From an uncultured Spirochaetota bacterium (GTDB lineage: Bacteria; Spirochaetota; Spirochaetia; SZUA-6; CAVTHK01), in the NCBI GenBank assembly GCA_963734495.1, contig CAVTHK010000005.1, forward strand, positions 128,001 to 192,000: a stretch of 64,000 nt of DNA, written 5' to 3'. Within the stretch, counting starts at the first letter, position 1, and every line of letters starts with the position of its first letter. The position numbers were made by a program, and so were the translations under genes. The notes under the pieces were generated by a model. The model had not been told where the DNA came from. It did no database searches and worked only from the letters and a program-made list of their open reading frames with translations. Below, one piece after another: positions 1 to 10,790 of this stretch.

Positions 1-181
1 CCCGGCGCGTGCACGCGCTTTGGCCCGGCGTACTCGCCGGGGATGCACAAGCGCCGGGCTGACGCTGCCGGCGCGGCTGCGACGCGGAGCGACGCCGCGG
101 GCCGCTGGAATCCGCGCCTGACTTCGCCTATCATCGTGAGGCAGGGACGGCGCCGCGCGCCGGGCTTCCAAGGAGGCCGCT

Positions 182-711
182 ATGCAGATCAAAGTGGACT
201 ACGAGAAGGCGGCGGCCCGCCGGTACCCCGAGCAGGTCGTGATCGCGCTGGCCCGCGACACGCGGGCCGTGTCGATCCGGTGGCGATCGGCTGGACGATG
301 ATCGCCTCGCGGCGGCCGCCGATGATCGCCATCGCCGTGGAAAAAACGCGGTACTTCCTCGAGGCCGCGCGCGCGAGCCGGGGGTTCGTGGTCGCGCTCC
401 CGTCGACGGCGATGGCGATGGAGACCCGCTTCTTCGGCACGCGAAGCGGCCGCGACACGGACAAGCTCGTCGAGTGCCCGATCCGGACTCAGCCGGCTCA
501 CGCGGTGGACGGTGTGATCGCGCGCGACGCCCTCGCCAACTTCGAGTGCACGCTCGAGCAGGAGATCGCCTCGGGCGACCACGTGATCCTGCTCGGGACG
601 GTGGCGGCCGCGCATGTGAACGAGGACGAATCGCTCGTGCGGCTCTTCAATCTCGGCCCCGGCTACCGCCTCGGTTCGGTCGCGCCGCAGCCCGCGGACG
701 GGACCGGCTGA
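182..711 (+). CDS. Flavin reductase-like (DIM6/NTAB) family protein; apparent frameshift near 263
   Basis: AGGAGG at 171-176, then ATG 182 (MQIKVDYEKAAARRYPEQVVIALARD). The gene continues in the 43..711 frame with GWTMIAS..PPMIAIAV, FGTRSGRDTDK and FEC..GDHVILLG motifs. Confidence 0.8.
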
Positions 712-722
712 ATCCGCAGACG

Positions 723-1820
723 ATGCCAGGCGACCCGCTCCCGCCGCCCCCGCAGACGACGCACCGTCTTCTCTACGGCTCGCCGATGGCGCTGACGTCT
801 CTCGCTCCCGCCAGCATCGCGCTGGTGGTCACATCTCCTCCCTACCCCATGATCGAGATGTGGGACAGCGCGTTCTCCGAGGCGGACCCCGTGATCGCGG
901 CCGCGCTCGCCTCGGGCGACGGCCGCGGCGCCTTCGACCTGATGCACCGGACGCTGGAGCCGACCTGGCGCGAAATGGAGCGCGTCCTCGTGCCGGGCGG
1001 GATCGCGTGCATCAACATCGGCGATGCGGTGCGCAGCGTCGGAGGGGATTTCCAGCTCTTCAACAACCACGCCCGAATCCTCGAGACCTGCCAGCGGCTC
1101 GGCTTTGTCTCCCTGCCCTGCCTGATCTGGCGCAAACCCACCAACGCGCCCAACAAGTTCATGGGGTCCGGGATGCTCCCGGCGGGCTCCTACGTCACCC
1201 TGGAGCACGAGTACATCCTGATCCTGCGAAAAGGCGGTCGCAGGCGATTCGACGACGAGGCGGCAGCCGCGCGCAGGCGCAGCGCCTTCTTCTGGGAGGA
1301 GCGCAATCACTGGTTCAGCGACCAGTGGGACCTCAGGGGCGCGCGGCAGAAGCTGGAGGCCGGCAGCGAGAGGGCCCGCAGCGCCGCCTTCCCTCTGCTG
1401 ATCCCCTACCGACTCGTGCTTATGTTCTCGATATACGGCGACAGCGTGCTCGATCCTTTCTGCGGCACGGGCACCACGGTGCTCGCGGCTCTTGCGGCCG
1501 CCCGGAACTCCATCGGCGTGGAAATCGAGGCCGGGCTGCTGGCCAGCGTCGAGAAAGGCATGTCCGCGATCCGGGCGCGGGCCAACGAGCTGGCTTATTC
1601 CCGCCTGCAGAGGCACCTGGAGCTCGTCGACTCCGGCGAGCAGCGCGGCCGGAAAATGCGCCACTGGAACGCGCCCCACGGTTTCCCCGTGACCACGAGC
1701 CAGGAGCGAGAGATGGAGATCCTGACTGTGAGCTCGGTCGAGCAGGTGGAGCCGGGAGTCTACCGTGCGCAGTACGAGCACGCGGACCTGACGCGGTTCG
1801 CCCAGGGCGAGCTCTTCTAG
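723..1820 (+). CDS. Site-specific DNA methyltransferase, N6_N4_Mtase family, beta-class order, probably N4-cytosine
   Basis: Catalytic VTSPPY motif precedes the SAM-binding DPFCGTGTT motif; also IWRKPTN and AAFP. Start codon uncertain (ATG 723 chosen). Confidence 0.9.
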   Translation: MPGDPLPPPPQTTHRLLYGSPMALTSLAPASIALVVTSPPYPMIEMWDSAFSEADPVIAAALASGDGRGAFDLMHRTLEPTWREMERVLVPGGIACINIGDAVRSVGGDFQLFNNHARILETCQRLGFVSLPCLIWRKPTNAPNKFMGSGMLPAGSYVTLEHEYILILRKGGRRRFDDEAAAARRRSAFFWEERNHWFSDQWDLRGARQKLEAGSERARSAAFPLLIPYRLVLMFSIYGDSVLDPFCGTGTTVLAALAAARNSIGVEIEAGLLASVEKGMSAIRARANELAYSRLQRHLELVDSGEQRGRKMRHWNAPHGFPVTTSQEREMEILTVSSVEQVEPGVYRAQYEHADLTRFAQGELF

Positions 1821-1969
1821 ATCGGGCGCGGTCCGCCGCGCCCTGACCCGCGGAAGCGGCGGGAACGGCGGTCAGCCGCAAGTCCGACAGGCTCCCAGAC
1901 GCGCGGACCGGCGAACCCGCGGGCCGCGGCATGGCGTATCGGGTGCGCGCCGGCACGCTTACAAATAGG

Positions 1970-1997
1970 TTGCATAACCGCCGCGGTCGGGTATACT
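1970..1997 (+). promoter_or_regulatory. Putative sigma70 promoter of the CBS gene
   Basis: TTGCAT-N16-TATACT upstream of the AAGGAGG RBS. Confidence 0.5.
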
Positions 1998-2032
1998 TGG
2001 GCCGTAGCGCGAGCCTGCGCAAGGAGGCCGGG

Positions 2033-2476
2033 ATGACCGTTGCCGACATCCTCAAGGAAAAAGGTTCGACCGTCTACTCGATCGACTCCGAGAGCTCGGT
2101 GATGCAGGCGGTCAAGGAGATGAACCGCCTCCGCATCGGAGCCCTGCTGGTCACGCGCGAGGACCGCACGCTCGGCGGAATCGTGACGGAGCGCGACGTG
2201 ATGATCCACCTTCCCGCGGGCATCCGCAACAAGAAGGTTCGCGACATCATGACCCCGCGCGAGAAGCTGATCATCGCAAACGGGAACGACAACCTCGACT
2301 ACGCGATGTCGGCGTTCACGGAGAGACGGGTCCGGCATCTGCCCGTGTTCGACGGCGACCGGCTGGTTGGGCTTGTCTCGATCGGGGACATTGTAAAGGC
2401 GCAGCTCAAGGACGCCGACTTCGAGAACAAGGCGCTGCGCGACTACATCCTGGGCTCGTACCCGATCGTAAGCTGA
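2033..2476 (+). CDS. CBS-domain pair protein
   Basis: MTVADILKEKG, IGALLV, GIVTERD, VRHLPV and VGLVSIGDIVK motifs; RBS AAGGAGG. Confidence 0.92.
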   Translation: MTVADILKEKGSTVYSIDSESSVMQAVKEMNRLRIGALLVTREDRTLGGIVTERDVMIHLPAGIRNKKVRDIMTPREKLIIANGNDNLDYAMSAFTERRVRHLPVFDGDRLVGLVSIGDIVKAQLKDADFENKALRDYILGSYPIVS

Positions 2477-2516
2477 TCGGGCCTCCGATCGACCCCGAGG
2501 GCGTCGACCCAGGCGG

Positions 2517-3272
2517 CTATCCGTCCAGCAGCATCGCGAGCATCTCGGGCCTGAGCACGCCCGCGAGGTCGCCCAGCGGGAGATCCGCTTCGTACGTCCC
2601 GTCGGAATAGGGCCCGACCTCGTAGGGAGCGAACAGGAACGTGAGCGCCCGAGGGGTCGCGGTGAATGCGCGAAGCTGCTCGATCGAAAACGCCTTGATC
2701 GCGCCGCTCGTCACAAGCGCGGCTCCTTTTCTGCGGAGCGCATCCAGCAGCAACTGCGACAGTCGGTCGAGAGACCCGGGCTCCGGCAGGAGCAGGTCCT
2801 GCAGCGACGCCTCCCGCCAGACGGACGCGAAACGCACGAAAAGGAAGGTGTGGTACTGCGTGTTGCCGTGCGCGCCGCCGGTAAAGAGATAGTCGGTAAA
2901 GGCCAGGCTCAGGTAGTCCCGGCCCGCGTGGGCAATCCGGTAGTCGACCTTCCGCTGCCACGCCGCGAACGACGCGCCCGCCCTGGCGTCCCCGGAGACA
3001 GGGAGAGCCTCCAGCGTGGTCACCGTCGTTTCGTGCAGAAGCGACAGTAAGAACCCGGCCAGCCACGTGCCCAGCCGGGCGTCCACTCCATCCAGCAGCA
3101 GCGTCGGGAAGCGGCCCGACAGCTTCGCGCCGCCGGCGAGATCGATCTCGATGGACGACGGCGCGATCCTGCCCGGCACGAGCTCTGGAGGTGTTTCCTG
3201 CGGGGCGACTCGCGTCGCGCCCGCGGCGAGCAGCAAGGCTGCGGCCATGCGCCCGGCGGCCCTGTTCGTCAT
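2517..3272 (-). CDS. Exported RsiV-like / DUF3298(-DUF4163) protein
   Basis: Signal-peptide-like N-terminus; FTGGAHGN and FAPYEVGPYS motifs typical of DUF3298/RsiV. Confidence 0.8.
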   Translation of the reverse strand: MTNRAAGRMAAALLLAAGATRVAPQETPPELVPGRIAPSSIEIDLAGGAKLSGRFPTLLLDGVDARLGTWLAGFLLSLLHETTVTTLEALPVSGDARAGASFAAWQRKVDYRIAHAGRDYLSLAFTDYLFTGGAHGNTQYHTFLFVRFASVWREASLQDLLLPEPGSLDRLSQLLLDALRRKGAALVTSGAIKAFSIEQLRAFTATPRALTFLFAPYEVGPYSDGTYEADLPLGDLAGVLRPEMLAMLLDG

Positions 3273-3453
3273 CGTCGACTCCTATGACCTGGCGTCTCGT
3301 AGACCGCCTCGTCCTCGGAGGCTTGCCAGGTCCCAAGTCCCGAGTCCTCGCGGGGCCCCGCTCCACAGCAGCCCCAATGTAATCCTCGGCAGTCGGTGCC
3401 GGGGGTCGCCCTGGCCATCTCCGGCGAGTACGCCGGACCAGAGCGCATGGCCC

Positions 3454-3482
3454 TTGACGGCGCGGGGCGACCCCGCTATCGT
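3454..3482 (+). promoter_or_regulatory. Putative sigma70 promoter of the HAD-larA-gnd operon
   Basis: TTGACG-N17-TATCGT, about 40 nt upstream of ATG 3522. Confidence 0.55.
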
Positions 3483-3521
3483 TCTTTCACCTCATTACTG
3501 TAATCGAAAGGAATTGAACCC

Positions 3522-4412
3522 ATGTCGGACCCGACGCGCATCCTCAAGGACATGAAGCCGGAGCACGAGTTCTTCGTCGGCATCGACTCCGACGGCTGCA
3601 TCTTCGACACGATGGAGATCAAGCACAAGGAGTGCTTCTGCCCCAACTACGTCTACCACTTCGGTCTGCAGCCGGTCTCCAAGTACGCGCGCGAGGCATG
3701 GGACTTCGTCAACCTGTACTCGAAGAGCCGCGGCTGCAACCGCTTCCACGCGGTCACGAGCGCGCTCGAGCTGCTCGAGCGCCGCGCCGAAGTCAAGGCG
3801 CGCGGAGCGAAGATCCCGCGCCTGCAGGGCGTGCGCGACTGGACCAAGCGCGAGACCAAGCTCGGCAACCCCGCGCTCAAGGCGGAGGTCGAGAGGACGG
3901 GCGACCCGGACCTCAAGATGGCGTACGCGTGGAGCGTCGACGTCAACGCCACGATCGAGAAGATCGTCAAGAACGTCCCTCCCTTCCCGCTGGTCCGGGA
4001 GAGCCTTGAGAAAATGAAGTCGAAGGCCGACATGCTGGTCGTGTCGCAGACCCCGACCGAGGCGCTGGTGCGCGAGTGGGAGGAGCACCATATCGACACG
4101 TACGCGCGCGCGATCGCCGGCCAGGAGCTCGGCACGAAGACCGAGCACATCGCCATGGCCGCGAGCGGCAAGTACCCCGTCGAGAAGATGCTGATGATCG
4201 GCGACGCGCCCGGCGACTTCCAGGCCGCGAGAAAGAACAAAGCGCTCTTCTATCCCATCACCCCGGGGCACGAGGAGGAGAGCTGGAAGCGCTTCTACGA
4301 AGAGGCGATGGACCGCTTTCTCAAGGGCACTTACGCGGGCGCGTACGAGAAGAAGCTGATCGACGAGTTCGACAGATACCTGCCCGAGCATCCCGCCTGG
4401 GAAAAGAAGTAG
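3522..4412 (+). CDS. HAD-superfamily hydrolase
   Basis: Motif I DSDGCIFDT, motif II VVS, and motif IV MIGDAPGD. Confidence 0.88.
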   Translation: MSDPTRILKDMKPEHEFFVGIDSDGCIFDTMEIKHKECFCPNYVYHFGLQPVSKYAREAWDFVNLYSKSRGCNRFHAVTSALELLERRAEVKARGAKIPRLQGVRDWTKRETKLGNPALKAEVERTGDPDLKMAYAWSVDVNATIEKIVKNVPPFPLVRESLEKMKSKADMLVVSQTPTEALVREWEEHHIDTYARAIAGQELGTKTEHIAMAASGKYPVEKMLMIGDAPGDFQAARKNKALFYPITPGHEEESWKRFYEEAMDRFLKGTYAGAYEKKLIDEFDRYLPEHPAWEKK

Positions 4413-4473
4413 CCCGGCGAGCACGCCGGGCCATGGAAGAAGGCCGCGCGCCGGGCGGCAGGGAGGCAGACCG

Positions 4474-5745
4474 ATGATGTATTTCAGCCGCGGCAGCGCC
4501 ACGGATTCGCTGGACCGGAACGCCCTGCGCGAAGGCCTCTACGCCGCGCTCGACAAGCTCGGCCCGCGGAAAAAAGTGCTCGCGATCCCCCCCGATTTCA
4601 CGCGCTTCCACTCGCAGGCCGGCGTGCTGACGGAGCTCTCGTGGGAGCGCTTCGGCGAGCGCCTCACGGACGTGCTGCCGGCCATCGGGACGCACTTTCC
4701 GGTGAGCGACCACGAGATCGCCACGATGTTCGGGCGGACGCCGAAAAGCCTCTTCCGGGTGCACGACTGGAAGAACGGCCTGGAGACCCTCGGCCGCGTG
4801 CCCGCCGATTTCGTACGGAAAGTGAGCGAAGGCAAGCTCGACTGGGACTGGCCGGCGCAGGTCGACCGGCTGCTCGTCAAGGGCGGCTTCGACCTGATCC
4901 TGTCGATCGGCCAGGTCGTGCCCCACGAAGTCATCGGCATGGCCAACTTCAACAAGAACATCTTTGTAGGCACCGGCGGCTCGGAGGGCATCAACAAGAG
5001 CCACTTTCTCGGCGCCGTCTACGGCATGGAGCGCATGATGGGGCGGGCCGACACGCCGGTGCGGCGGGTCCTCAACTACGCGTCCGAGCATTTCGCGCGC
5101 AGCCTTCCCATTGTCTATGTCCAGACGGTCGTCTCGCGCGGAGCCGATGGGAAGCTCGCGGTCCGCGGCCTGTACATCGGCGACGACGTGGAATGCTTTC
5201 ACCGCGCCGCGGAGCTGTCGCTCGAGGTCAACTTCGAGATGCTCGAGCGGCCGCTGAGGAAAGTCGTCGTGTTCCTCGATCCCGAGGAGTTCAAGAGCAC
5301 CTGGCTCGGCAACAAGAGCGTCTACCGGACCCGCATGGCGATCGCCGACGGCGGCGAGCTCATCGTGCTCGCGCCCGGCGTGCGCGAGTTCGGCGAGGAC
5401 AAGGGCATCGACAGGCTGATCCGCAAGTACGGATACGTCGGCACGCCCAAGGTGCTGGAAGCGGTCGCGCGAGAGAAGGAGCTGCAGGAAAGCCTCGGCG
5501 CGGCGGCGCACCTGATCCACGGCTCTTCCGAGGGCCGCTTCGTCATCACGTACTGCCCGGGCAAGCTCAGCAGGCAGGAGATCGAGAGCGTCAATTTCGG
5601 GTACGGCGATCTCGCCGCGATGACGAAGAAGTACGATCCGGCGAAGCTCAGGGACGGCATGAACACGGTGGGCGGCGAGGAAGTCTTCTACATCTCCAAC
5701 CCTGCGCTGGGGCTGTGGGCATACAGGGAGCGCTTTGCGTCGTAG
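4474..5745 (+). CDS. LarA-family (DUF2088) nickel-pincer-dependent racemase/epimerase, GntE-like
   Basis: PDFTR, IGTH, PHEVIGMANFNKN and NKSH motifs correspond by eye to LarA D72/R75, H108, H174/K184 and H200. Confidence 0.88.
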   Translation: MMYFSRGSATDSLDRNALREGLYAALDKLGPRKKVLAIPPDFTRFHSQAGVLTELSWERFGERLTDVLPAIGTHFPVSDHEIATMFGRTPKSLFRVHDWKNGLETLGRVPADFVRKVSEGKLDWDWPAQVDRLLVKGGFDLILSIGQVVPHEVIGMANFNKNIFVGTGGSEGINKSHFLGAVYGMERMMGRADTPVRRVLNYASEHFARSLPIVYVQTVVSRGADGKLAVRGLYIGDDVECFHRAAELSLEVNFEMLERPLRKVVVFLDPEEFKSTWLGNKSVYRTRMAIADGGELIVLAPGVREFGEDKGIDRLIRKYGYVGTPKVLEAVAREKELQESLGAAAHLIHGSSEGRFVITYCPGKLSRQEIESVNFGYGDLAAMTKKYDPAKLRDGMNTVGGEEVFYISNPALGLWAYRERFAS

Positions 5746-5837
5746 GGGCGGCCCCACGCGGCGCGGAAATAAAGAGGGCCCGCCGGGCACGGCGGGCTTG
5801 GGACGCGGCGCAGACGCCGCATCATAGGAGAAAACAG

Positions 5838-7294
<1,457 letters not shown>

Positions 7295-7298
<4 letters not shown>

Positions 7299-7350
7299 GC
7301 ACATGGATGTGCCTACCCGTGGGCGACACGGATGTCAAAGCCCACGGGTA
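7295..7350. repeat. Two adjacent inverted repeats, each centred on ACAYGGATGT
   Basis: GTAGGCACAT-GG-ATGTGCCTAC (7295-7316) and TACCCGTGGGC..GACACGGATGTC..GCCCACGGGTA (7314-7350). Confidence 0.75.
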
Positions 7351-7372
7351 CCCCCGCATTATGATGCCTCCG

Positions 7373-7401
7373 AGCCCCGGCCCGCGCCGGGGCTTTTCTT
7401 T
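7373..7401 (+). terminator. Rho-independent terminator after gnd
   Basis: AGCCCCGG-CCCGCG-CCGGGGCT stem-loop followed by TTTCTTT. Confidence 0.8.
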
Positions 7402-7472
7402 GCCTTGCGGGGGCAGCGGCGCCCGCATTGCATTCGCGTTCGAGCAGGCGTATGTTCAACGGCGGAGTCGAC

Positions 7473-8069
7473 ATGAACCAAGGGGACCCCGGCGGAGTGC
7501 GTGCCGCGCTGTCGAGGCTCTCGGATGAGGAACTGCTCTCCCGCGTGGCAGCCGGCGAAATGGCCGCGCTGCGGGAGATCTACGAACGCTACAAGCGCCT
7601 CGTCTACGGCTTCGCGGTGCGCAGCCTGGGCGATCGCGAGTCCGCGGAGGAGGTCGCCCTCGACGTCTTCACGCAGGTGTGGAAGAACGCCTCGCGGTAC
7701 ACCGCGGGCCGCGCCAAGGTCGGAACCTGGATCCTCAGCATCTGCCGTCACCGCTCGATCGACGCGTTCCGGCGCAGCTCCGCCCGGGCTCACCACCGGT
7801 CGCTCGGCTGGGACGACCTGCCGCCGGAGGCCTTTCCCGTCACGGAGGAGACACCCGAAGGAACCTTTGTCAGCAACGAAGCGCGCACGCGCGTCAGGCA
7901 GGCGGTCGGCGATCTGCCGCCGGAGCAGGCGCAGGTGCTCTCCCTGGCGTTTTTCGAGGGCATGACCCACAAGGAAATCGCGGCCTCGCTCGGTCAGCCG
8001 CTGGGCACGGTCAAGACCAGGATCCGGCTGGCACTTGCCAAACTCGCGCGGGTGCTCGACGATGGATGA
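7473..8069 (+). CDS. ECF sigma factor (SigK-like)
   Basis: Region 2 AEEVALDVFTQVW..TWILSICRHRSID; region 4 FEGMTHKEIAASLGQPLGTVKTRIRLAL. Confidence 0.93.
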   Translation: MNQGDPGGVRAALSRLSDEELLSRVAAGEMAALREIYERYKRLVYGFAVRSLGDRESAEEVALDVFTQVWKNASRYTAGRAKVGTWILSICRHRSIDAFRRSSARAHHRSLGWDDLPPEAFPVTEETPEGTFVSNEARTRVRQAVGDLPPEQAQVLSLAFFEGMTHKEIAASLGQPLGTVKTRIRLALAKLARVLDDG

Positions 8070-8121
8070 GATGCGGCAATCCAAAGACCGCGCCGGTCCG
8101 AAGAGTAGTATGGGGACCGCC

Positions 8122-8853
8122 ATGAATGATGGTGACCACGTAGGGGAGCTGGTTTCCGGATACGTCCTCGGCGCGCTCGACGACCGGGAGACTCTGCGGG
8201 TTGCCCGGCATCTCGCCTCGTGCCCCCTGTGCCGGCAGGAAATCGACGCCTGTTCCCGCGTGCTCGATGAGCTGGGGATGGCCGGGCCCGAGGTGACTCC
8301 CCCCGACGACCTGTGGGATCGCCTGCAGCAGCGCATCGCCGCCGACAAGCGGGAGGAGCCCGCCGCGGAAGAAGCCGTCGTCGAGCGGCGCCGCGGCGGC
8401 CTCTTCGGCCTCTTCTCGGGCCGGGCCTTGATCGCCGCCAGTCTCGCGGCGTCCATCCTCGTCGTCGCCGGCCTCACGGCCGTTGCGGTCGTGCTCCGCC
8501 AGCAGCGGGGCGTGGAAGCGCTTCGCAGCCTGGAGATGCCCGTCTTCAAGCTCTCGGGGACGCAGGAGATGCCGGGCGCGACCGCGCTCGTGGTCAGCAA
8601 CTCCAACGGCGAGCGCGGCACCCTCGTGGTCGACGGCCTGCCGGCGTTGAAGGGCGGCAAGGTCTACCAGCTGTGGCTGACGCGCGACGGCGAGAGCGTG
8701 GACGGGGCCAACTTTATCGTCGACGATGAAGGATATGCCACCGTCATTGTCCATGCGCCCCGGCCGTTGACCGACTACACCGGCTTCAGCGTCACGATGG
8801 AGCCCGAAGGGGGCAGCCTCGCGCCGACCGGCCCCCCTCTCCTGCGGAAGTAG
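8122..8853 (+). CDS. Zinc-binding (ZAS) anti-sigma factor with RskA domain
   Basis: YVLGAL and HLASCPLC (HxxxCxxC), a single TM helix, then LPALKGGKVYQLW and FSVTMEPEGGSLAPTGP. Start could be 8062 or 8110. Confidence 0.9.
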   Translation: MNDGDHVGELVSGYVLGALDDRETLRVARHLASCPLCRQEIDACSRVLDELGMAGPEVTPPDDLWDRLQQRIAADKREEPAAEEAVVERRRGGLFGLFSGRALIAASLAASILVVAGLTAVAVVLRQQRGVEALRSLEMPVFKLSGTQEMPGATALVVSNSNGERGTLVVDGLPALKGGKVYQLWLTRDGESVDGANFIVDDEGYATVIVHAPRPLTDYTGFSVTMEPEGGSLAPTGPPLLRK

Positions 8854-8872
8854 TCCATCCCCGCACTCCCAT

Positions 8873-8898
8873 GAATCCAACATCCCGGTCGCTGCGAA
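8873..8898 (+). promoter_or_regulatory. Candidate ECF (SigK-type) promoter
   Basis: GAATCC-N16-CGAA between the anti-sigma gene and the downstream secreted-protein genes. Confidence 0.4.
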
Positions 8899-8975
8899 GA
8901 TAGGGAGCGTATGCGATCGCAGGGCGGCTCGTCGAGCCGCGCGGGAAAATGATTCGGACTGCGGGAGGGTTTCCA

Positions 8976-9515
8976 ATGAATTTCCGATTCATGGCTACGG
9001 TGGTGATCATCGTGGCGGTCAGCCTCGGCGTTCCGGCGATTGTCGCCGCGCGCGGCGCCGCCGAGTCGCGCGACGCCACCGTGAACGTGGCAACGAGCGA
9101 TCGGTTCGGCCCGATCCTCGTCGACTCGAAAGGCATGACGCTCTACGTCTACGAGAAGGACTCCCCGGGGGTGAGCAACTGCTACGGCGGATGCGCCGGC
9201 GCATGGCCGCCGCTGACCGTCGCGGACGAAGACCAGGCGAAGGCCGGGGCGCGGGCCAAGGGCAAGGTCGCCGTGATCGACCGCACCGACGGTTCCTACC
9301 AGGTGACCTACAACGGCATGCCGCTCTACACCTTCGCCTCGGACAAGAAGCCGGGCGACGTGACCGGGCAGGACGTCGGGAAGGAAGGCGCGAAGTGGTA
9401 CGTGGTGCCGCCGAGGGCGACCAGCGTCGCCAAGGCGGAGGCGCTTTCGGAGGCGGCGGGAGAGCAGCAGAACAGCGCCGGGATGCGGGCGTCGTCTTCG
9501 AGCTCGAGCTACTGA
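8976..9515 (+). CDS. Secreted Lipoprotein_15 repeat protein (COG4315)
   Basis: Signal peptide; GMTLYVYEKD..SNCYGGCAGAWPPL and QVTYNGMPLYTFASDKKPGDVTGQ repeats. Confidence 0.9.
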   Translation: MNFRFMATVVIIVAVSLGVPAIVAARGAAESRDATVNVATSDRFGPILVDSKGMTLYVYEKDSPGVSNCYGGCAGAWPPLTVADEDQAKAGARAKGKVAVIDRTDGSYQVTYNGMPLYTFASDKKPGDVTGQDVGKEGAKWYVVPPRATSVAKAEALSEAAGEQQNSAGMRASSSSSSY

Positions 9516-9592
9516 TGCGGCTTGCCGTGACTCCCCCGGCCTCCGGGCCGCGGGAGCCGCGGCACCGCCAGATGATGGAAGAGAGGTACAAA

Positions 9593-9988
9593 ATGAGAAA
9601 GCTTTCTGGCATCCGCAGCCTGCACGTGCTGCCGCTGCTCGCCGCGCTGGCGTTTGCCGGCTGCGCCACGAGCGGCCCGGCGACCAGAGTCGCGGTCGGG
9701 AGCGGCCCGATCGCCATGCGAGCCGGGGACTTCATGTTCGAGCCTCGCGACTTGCAGGTCAAGGGTACGGGCACGCTGACCCTTCGGATTACCAACGAGT
9801 CGGGCACGCCGCACGACTTCACTCTCAAAGACCCCGCGGGCAGGGTAATCACCAAGGTCGAGCTCCCGGCGAACCAGACAACCACGGCAACCGTCGATCT
9901 TCCCGCCCCCGGGATCTACAAGTTCGACTGCACCAAGCCTCTGCATGCTGCGCTCGGGATGACGGGCCGGATCGTGGTGACCAGTTAG
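9593..9988 (+). CDS. Cupredoxin-domain lipoprotein
   Basis: Lipobox LAFAGC; type-1 copper ligand pattern PHDF ... FDCTKPLHAALGMTG. Confidence 0.88.
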   Translation: MRKLSGIRSLHVLPLLAALAFAGCATSGPATRVAVGSGPIAMRAGDFMFEPRDLQVKGTGTLTLRITNESGTPHDFTLKDPAGRVITKVELPANQTTTATVDLPAPGIYKFDCTKPLHAALGMTGRIVVTS

Positions 9989-10788
9989 GGCGCGCGAGCC
10001 GGCGCGCCCTCAGCCGTTCGACCGGAGAGCAGGATCCGGTGCGCCACCACGGCCGCTCCGAACCCGTTGTCTATGTTGACGACGCAGACGCCGGCGGCGC
10101 ACGAGTTGAGCATCGCCAGCAGCGCCGCGAGGCCGCCGAAGCTGGCCCCGTAGCCGACCCGCGTCGGCACACCGATGACGGGGCAGCGGGCGAGGCCGCC
10201 GATGACGCTGGTGAGCGCGCCTTCCATCCCCGCGACGCTGATGATGACCGATGCCCCGGCGATCGCGCTCAGGCTGCCGAGCAGCCGGTGGAGGCCTGCC
10301 ACGCCCACGTCGTACGCGCGCTCCACGCGGGAGCCGAGAAACTCGACGGTCTGCGCCGCTTCCTCGGCGACCGGCAGGTCGGCGGTCCCCGCCGCCGCGA
10401 CCAGCACGGCACGCGCGTCCCGCGGCGCCGGGTGCTCGGCGCGCGCGAGCGTAACCAGGCGGGAGACGGGGTCGTAGCGCGCCTCGGGAATCTCCTTCTG
10501 TACGGCGGCGGCCATGTCCGCGGCGGCGCGAGTCCCCATCACCCGGTCGTGGTGCTGCCACAGCCTCTTCAGGATCGCGATCGTCTGATCCGCGGTCTTG
10601 CCCTCGCAGTAGACGACCTCCGGCATCCCGGTGCGCAGCTCGCGGTGCAGGTCGAGGCGGGCGTGGCCGAGGTCCTCGAACGGAAGCAGGCGCAGCCGCT
10701 CGAGCGCCTGATCCGGCGTGACCCGGCCGCGGCCCACGTCCTCGAGCAGCCGGCGCAGTCTCTCGCTGTCCATCTCTCCGGGCTCCAT
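9985..10788 (-). CDS. larB: Nickel pincer cofactor biosynthesis protein LarB
   Basis: [50 protein letters not shown] and [11 protein letters not shown] motifs. Confidence 0.96.
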   Translation of the reverse strand: MEPGEMDSERLRRLLEDVGRGRVTPDQALERLRLLPFEDLGHARLDLHRELRTGMPEVVYCEGKTADQTIAILKRLWQHHDRVMGTRAAADMAAAVQKEIPEARYDPVSRLVTLARAEHPAPRDARAVLVAAAGTADLPVAEEAAQTVEFLGSRVERAYDVGVAGLHRLLGSLSAIAGASVIISVAGMEGALTSVIGGLARCPVIGVPTRVGYGASFGGLAALLAMLNSCAAGVCVVNIDNGFGAAVVAHRILLSGRTAEGAPARAP

Positions 10789-10790
10789 AG

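Noticed and set aside
723-2476. Restriction-modification or defence island
   Set aside because: No nuclease, integrase or compositional shift around the methyltransferase.
3340-3376. GGGGCTG start suggesting tmRNA or tRNA-Ala
   Set aside because: No T-arm GTTCGA, no acceptor 3' end and no tag reading frame.
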